This document shows, one piece after another, positions 62,701 to 64,000 of a stretch of 64,000 bases of DNA. This stretch comes from an uncultured Verrucomicrobiae bacterium. Its GTDB lineage: Bacteria; Verrucomicrobiota; Verrucomicrobiia; Chthoniobacterales; UBA10450. The DNA lies in contig CAVYXA010000003.1 of assembly GCA_963772365.1 (NCBI GenBank), positions 320,001 to 384,000 of the forward strand, given 5' to 3'. How positions within the stretch are numbered: position 1 is the first letter of the stretch; each line of letters starts with the position of its first letter. The notes below the pieces were generated by a model. The model saw only the letters and a program-made list of their open reading frames with translations. It had not been told where the DNA came from and did not search any database. A program made the translations under genes and the position numbers.

Positions 62701-63252
62701 ATGAGCAAAGAAATTATTCCAGTTGAACAAATTGCTCCGCGAATCTTCAACGTCCGTGACGAGAGAGTGATGCTGAGCGCGGACTTAGCAAAGTTGTACG
62801 GCGTGAAGGTCAGCGCTTTGATGCAGGCGGTTAAAAGGAACTTGGGTCGATTTCCAGAAGATTTCATGTTTCAACTTACACCTCAGGAACTTGCAACCTT
62901 GAAATCACAAATTGTGATTTCAAGTTGGGGCGGGGCCCGGACCAGGCCATATGCTTTTACTGAACAAGGCATCGCCATGCTTTCCAGCGTGCTTAGAAGC
63001 CAGCGCGCAGTGAAAGTAAACATCGCCATCATGCGTGCCTTTGTGAAGTTGCGGCGGATGTTGGGCACAAATCGCGAACTCGCCAGGAAATTTTCCGAGC
63101 TGGAACGGCGTGTAGGAAGGCACGACGAAGAAATCGGTGCAATTCTCGAAGCAATCCGCCAACTCATGACGCCGCCGGAGAAAACGACTCGCGAGATCGG
63201 ATTTCACGTGCGCGAAAGCAGCGGACGGTACCGAACACGCAATCATCAATGA
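62701..63252 (+). CDS. ORF6N-domain protein
   Basis: VMLSADLAKLYGV, AVKRNLGRFPEDFMFQL, PYAFTEQGIAMLSSVL. Confidence 0.9.
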   Translation: MSKEIIPVEQIAPRIFNVRDERVMLSADLAKLYGVKVSALMQAVKRNLGRFPEDFMFQLTPQELATLKSQIVISSWGGARTRPYAFTEQGIAMLSSVLRSQRAVKVNIAIMRAFVKLRRMLGTNRELARKFSELERRVGRHDEEIGAILEAIRQLMTPPEKTTREIGFHVRESSGRYRTRNHQ

Positions 63253-64000
63253 TCGCCTGGACGATTTACATCACCTTCGGTGGCGCAATTCTCCTGCTGG
63301 TGCTGCCTCGCAATTGGTCGCGCTGGTTCGCGCTGCTCACCACAGTTGCCGGATTTGCAATCAGTCTGACGACCTTTTTCGCCTCCGATGTCGATCTAAT
63401 GCATTTCACAACGATCGTCCGCGTCCTCTGGGTGCCGATGCTGGGTATGAATTATCATCTCGCCATCGACGGCATCAGCCTAACCATGATGCTGGTCACG
63501 GGAATTTCCGCAGTCAGCGCAGTTCTTTTTTCCTGGGATGTCGAAGATCGCCAGAACGAATTCTTTTTTTGGCTACTTCTGGTGGTCGGCGGTTCCTACG
63601 GCGTTTTCCTGAGCGCCGATCTTTTTTTGCTCTTTCTCTTCTACGAACTCGTGATTGTGCCAAAATATTTCCTCATCGCCATCTTCGGATCCACTAACAA
63701 GGAATATGGCGCGATGAAATTGACGCTGTATTCGTTCTTCGGCGGCGCTTTGGTTTTTCTCGGAATCCTCGCCGCGTATGTCACCGCCGGATCTCTGGAG
63801 CTGGATCAGCTCGGGCAATTTGAATTTCCACCGCAGCTCGAAGCATGGGCTTTCCCGGTGTTGTTTCTCGGGTTCGCTGTCCTTGCCGGTATTTGGCCAT
63901 TGCATACATGGGCGCCGACGGGCCATGTGGCCGCGCCTACTGCAGGCTCAATGTTGCTGGCTGGCATCGTCATGAAACTTGGCGCCTACGCAGGACTGCG
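63249..64000 (+). CDS. nuoM: NADH-quinone oxidoreductase subunit M (copy 2, runs off the window)
   Basis: Manual translation from ATG 63249: MIAWTIY...HLAIDGIS...FYELVIVPKYFLI...WPLHTWAPTGHVAAPTAGSMLLAGIVMKLGAY. Confidence 0.88.
   Translation, partial: MIAWTIYITFGGAILLLVLPRNWSRWFALLTTVAGFAISLTTFFASDVDLMHFTTIVRVLWVPMLGMNYHLAIDGISLTMMLVTGISAVSAVLFSWDVEDRQNEFFFWLLLVVGGSYGVFLSADLFLLFLFYELVIVPKYFLIAIFGSTNKEYGAMKLTLYSFFGGALVFLGILAAYVTAGSLELDQLGQFEFPPQLEAWAFPVLFLGFAVLAGIWPLHTWAPTGHVAAPTAGSMLLAGIVMKLGAYAGL

Overview
This is a bacterial chromosome segment, most likely from a soil Verrucomicrobiota (Chthoniobacterales/'Ca. Udaeobacter'-like) organism. That assignment is an inference from gene content and repeat style (TMTC-like TPR glycosyltransferase, TolB-N/TPR protein ending DPLRGDPRF, compact GluRS). 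Bases 1-10.7 kb hold housekeeping genes: tyrS, tadA, tRNA-Gln, a K+-independent H+-PPase, gltX and glnS. Bases 10.9-64 kb form a mosaic anaerobic-respiration and copper region. It contains a split NuoEFG-less '2M' complex I (nuoI at 11 kb, nuoABCD divergent from nuoHJKLM-M at 53-64 kb), PFOR with a DHODH-like partner, system II cytochrome c biogenesis genes, a truncated multiheme cytochrome and a Cus-type RND efflux operon. It also contains a clade II nos cluster under a perfect FNR/DNR box, with an atypical azurin-like lipoprotein and a CusF-SCO protein. The most novel protein is an intact NirK-type Cu nitrite reductase fused to a DoxX/DoxD-like membrane domain. A second recurring signal is several unrelated palindromic or short tandem repeat families that sit either in-frame inside proteins or inside mini-ORFs translationally coupled to both flanking genes. 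No CRISPR array, integrase or transposase was seen.
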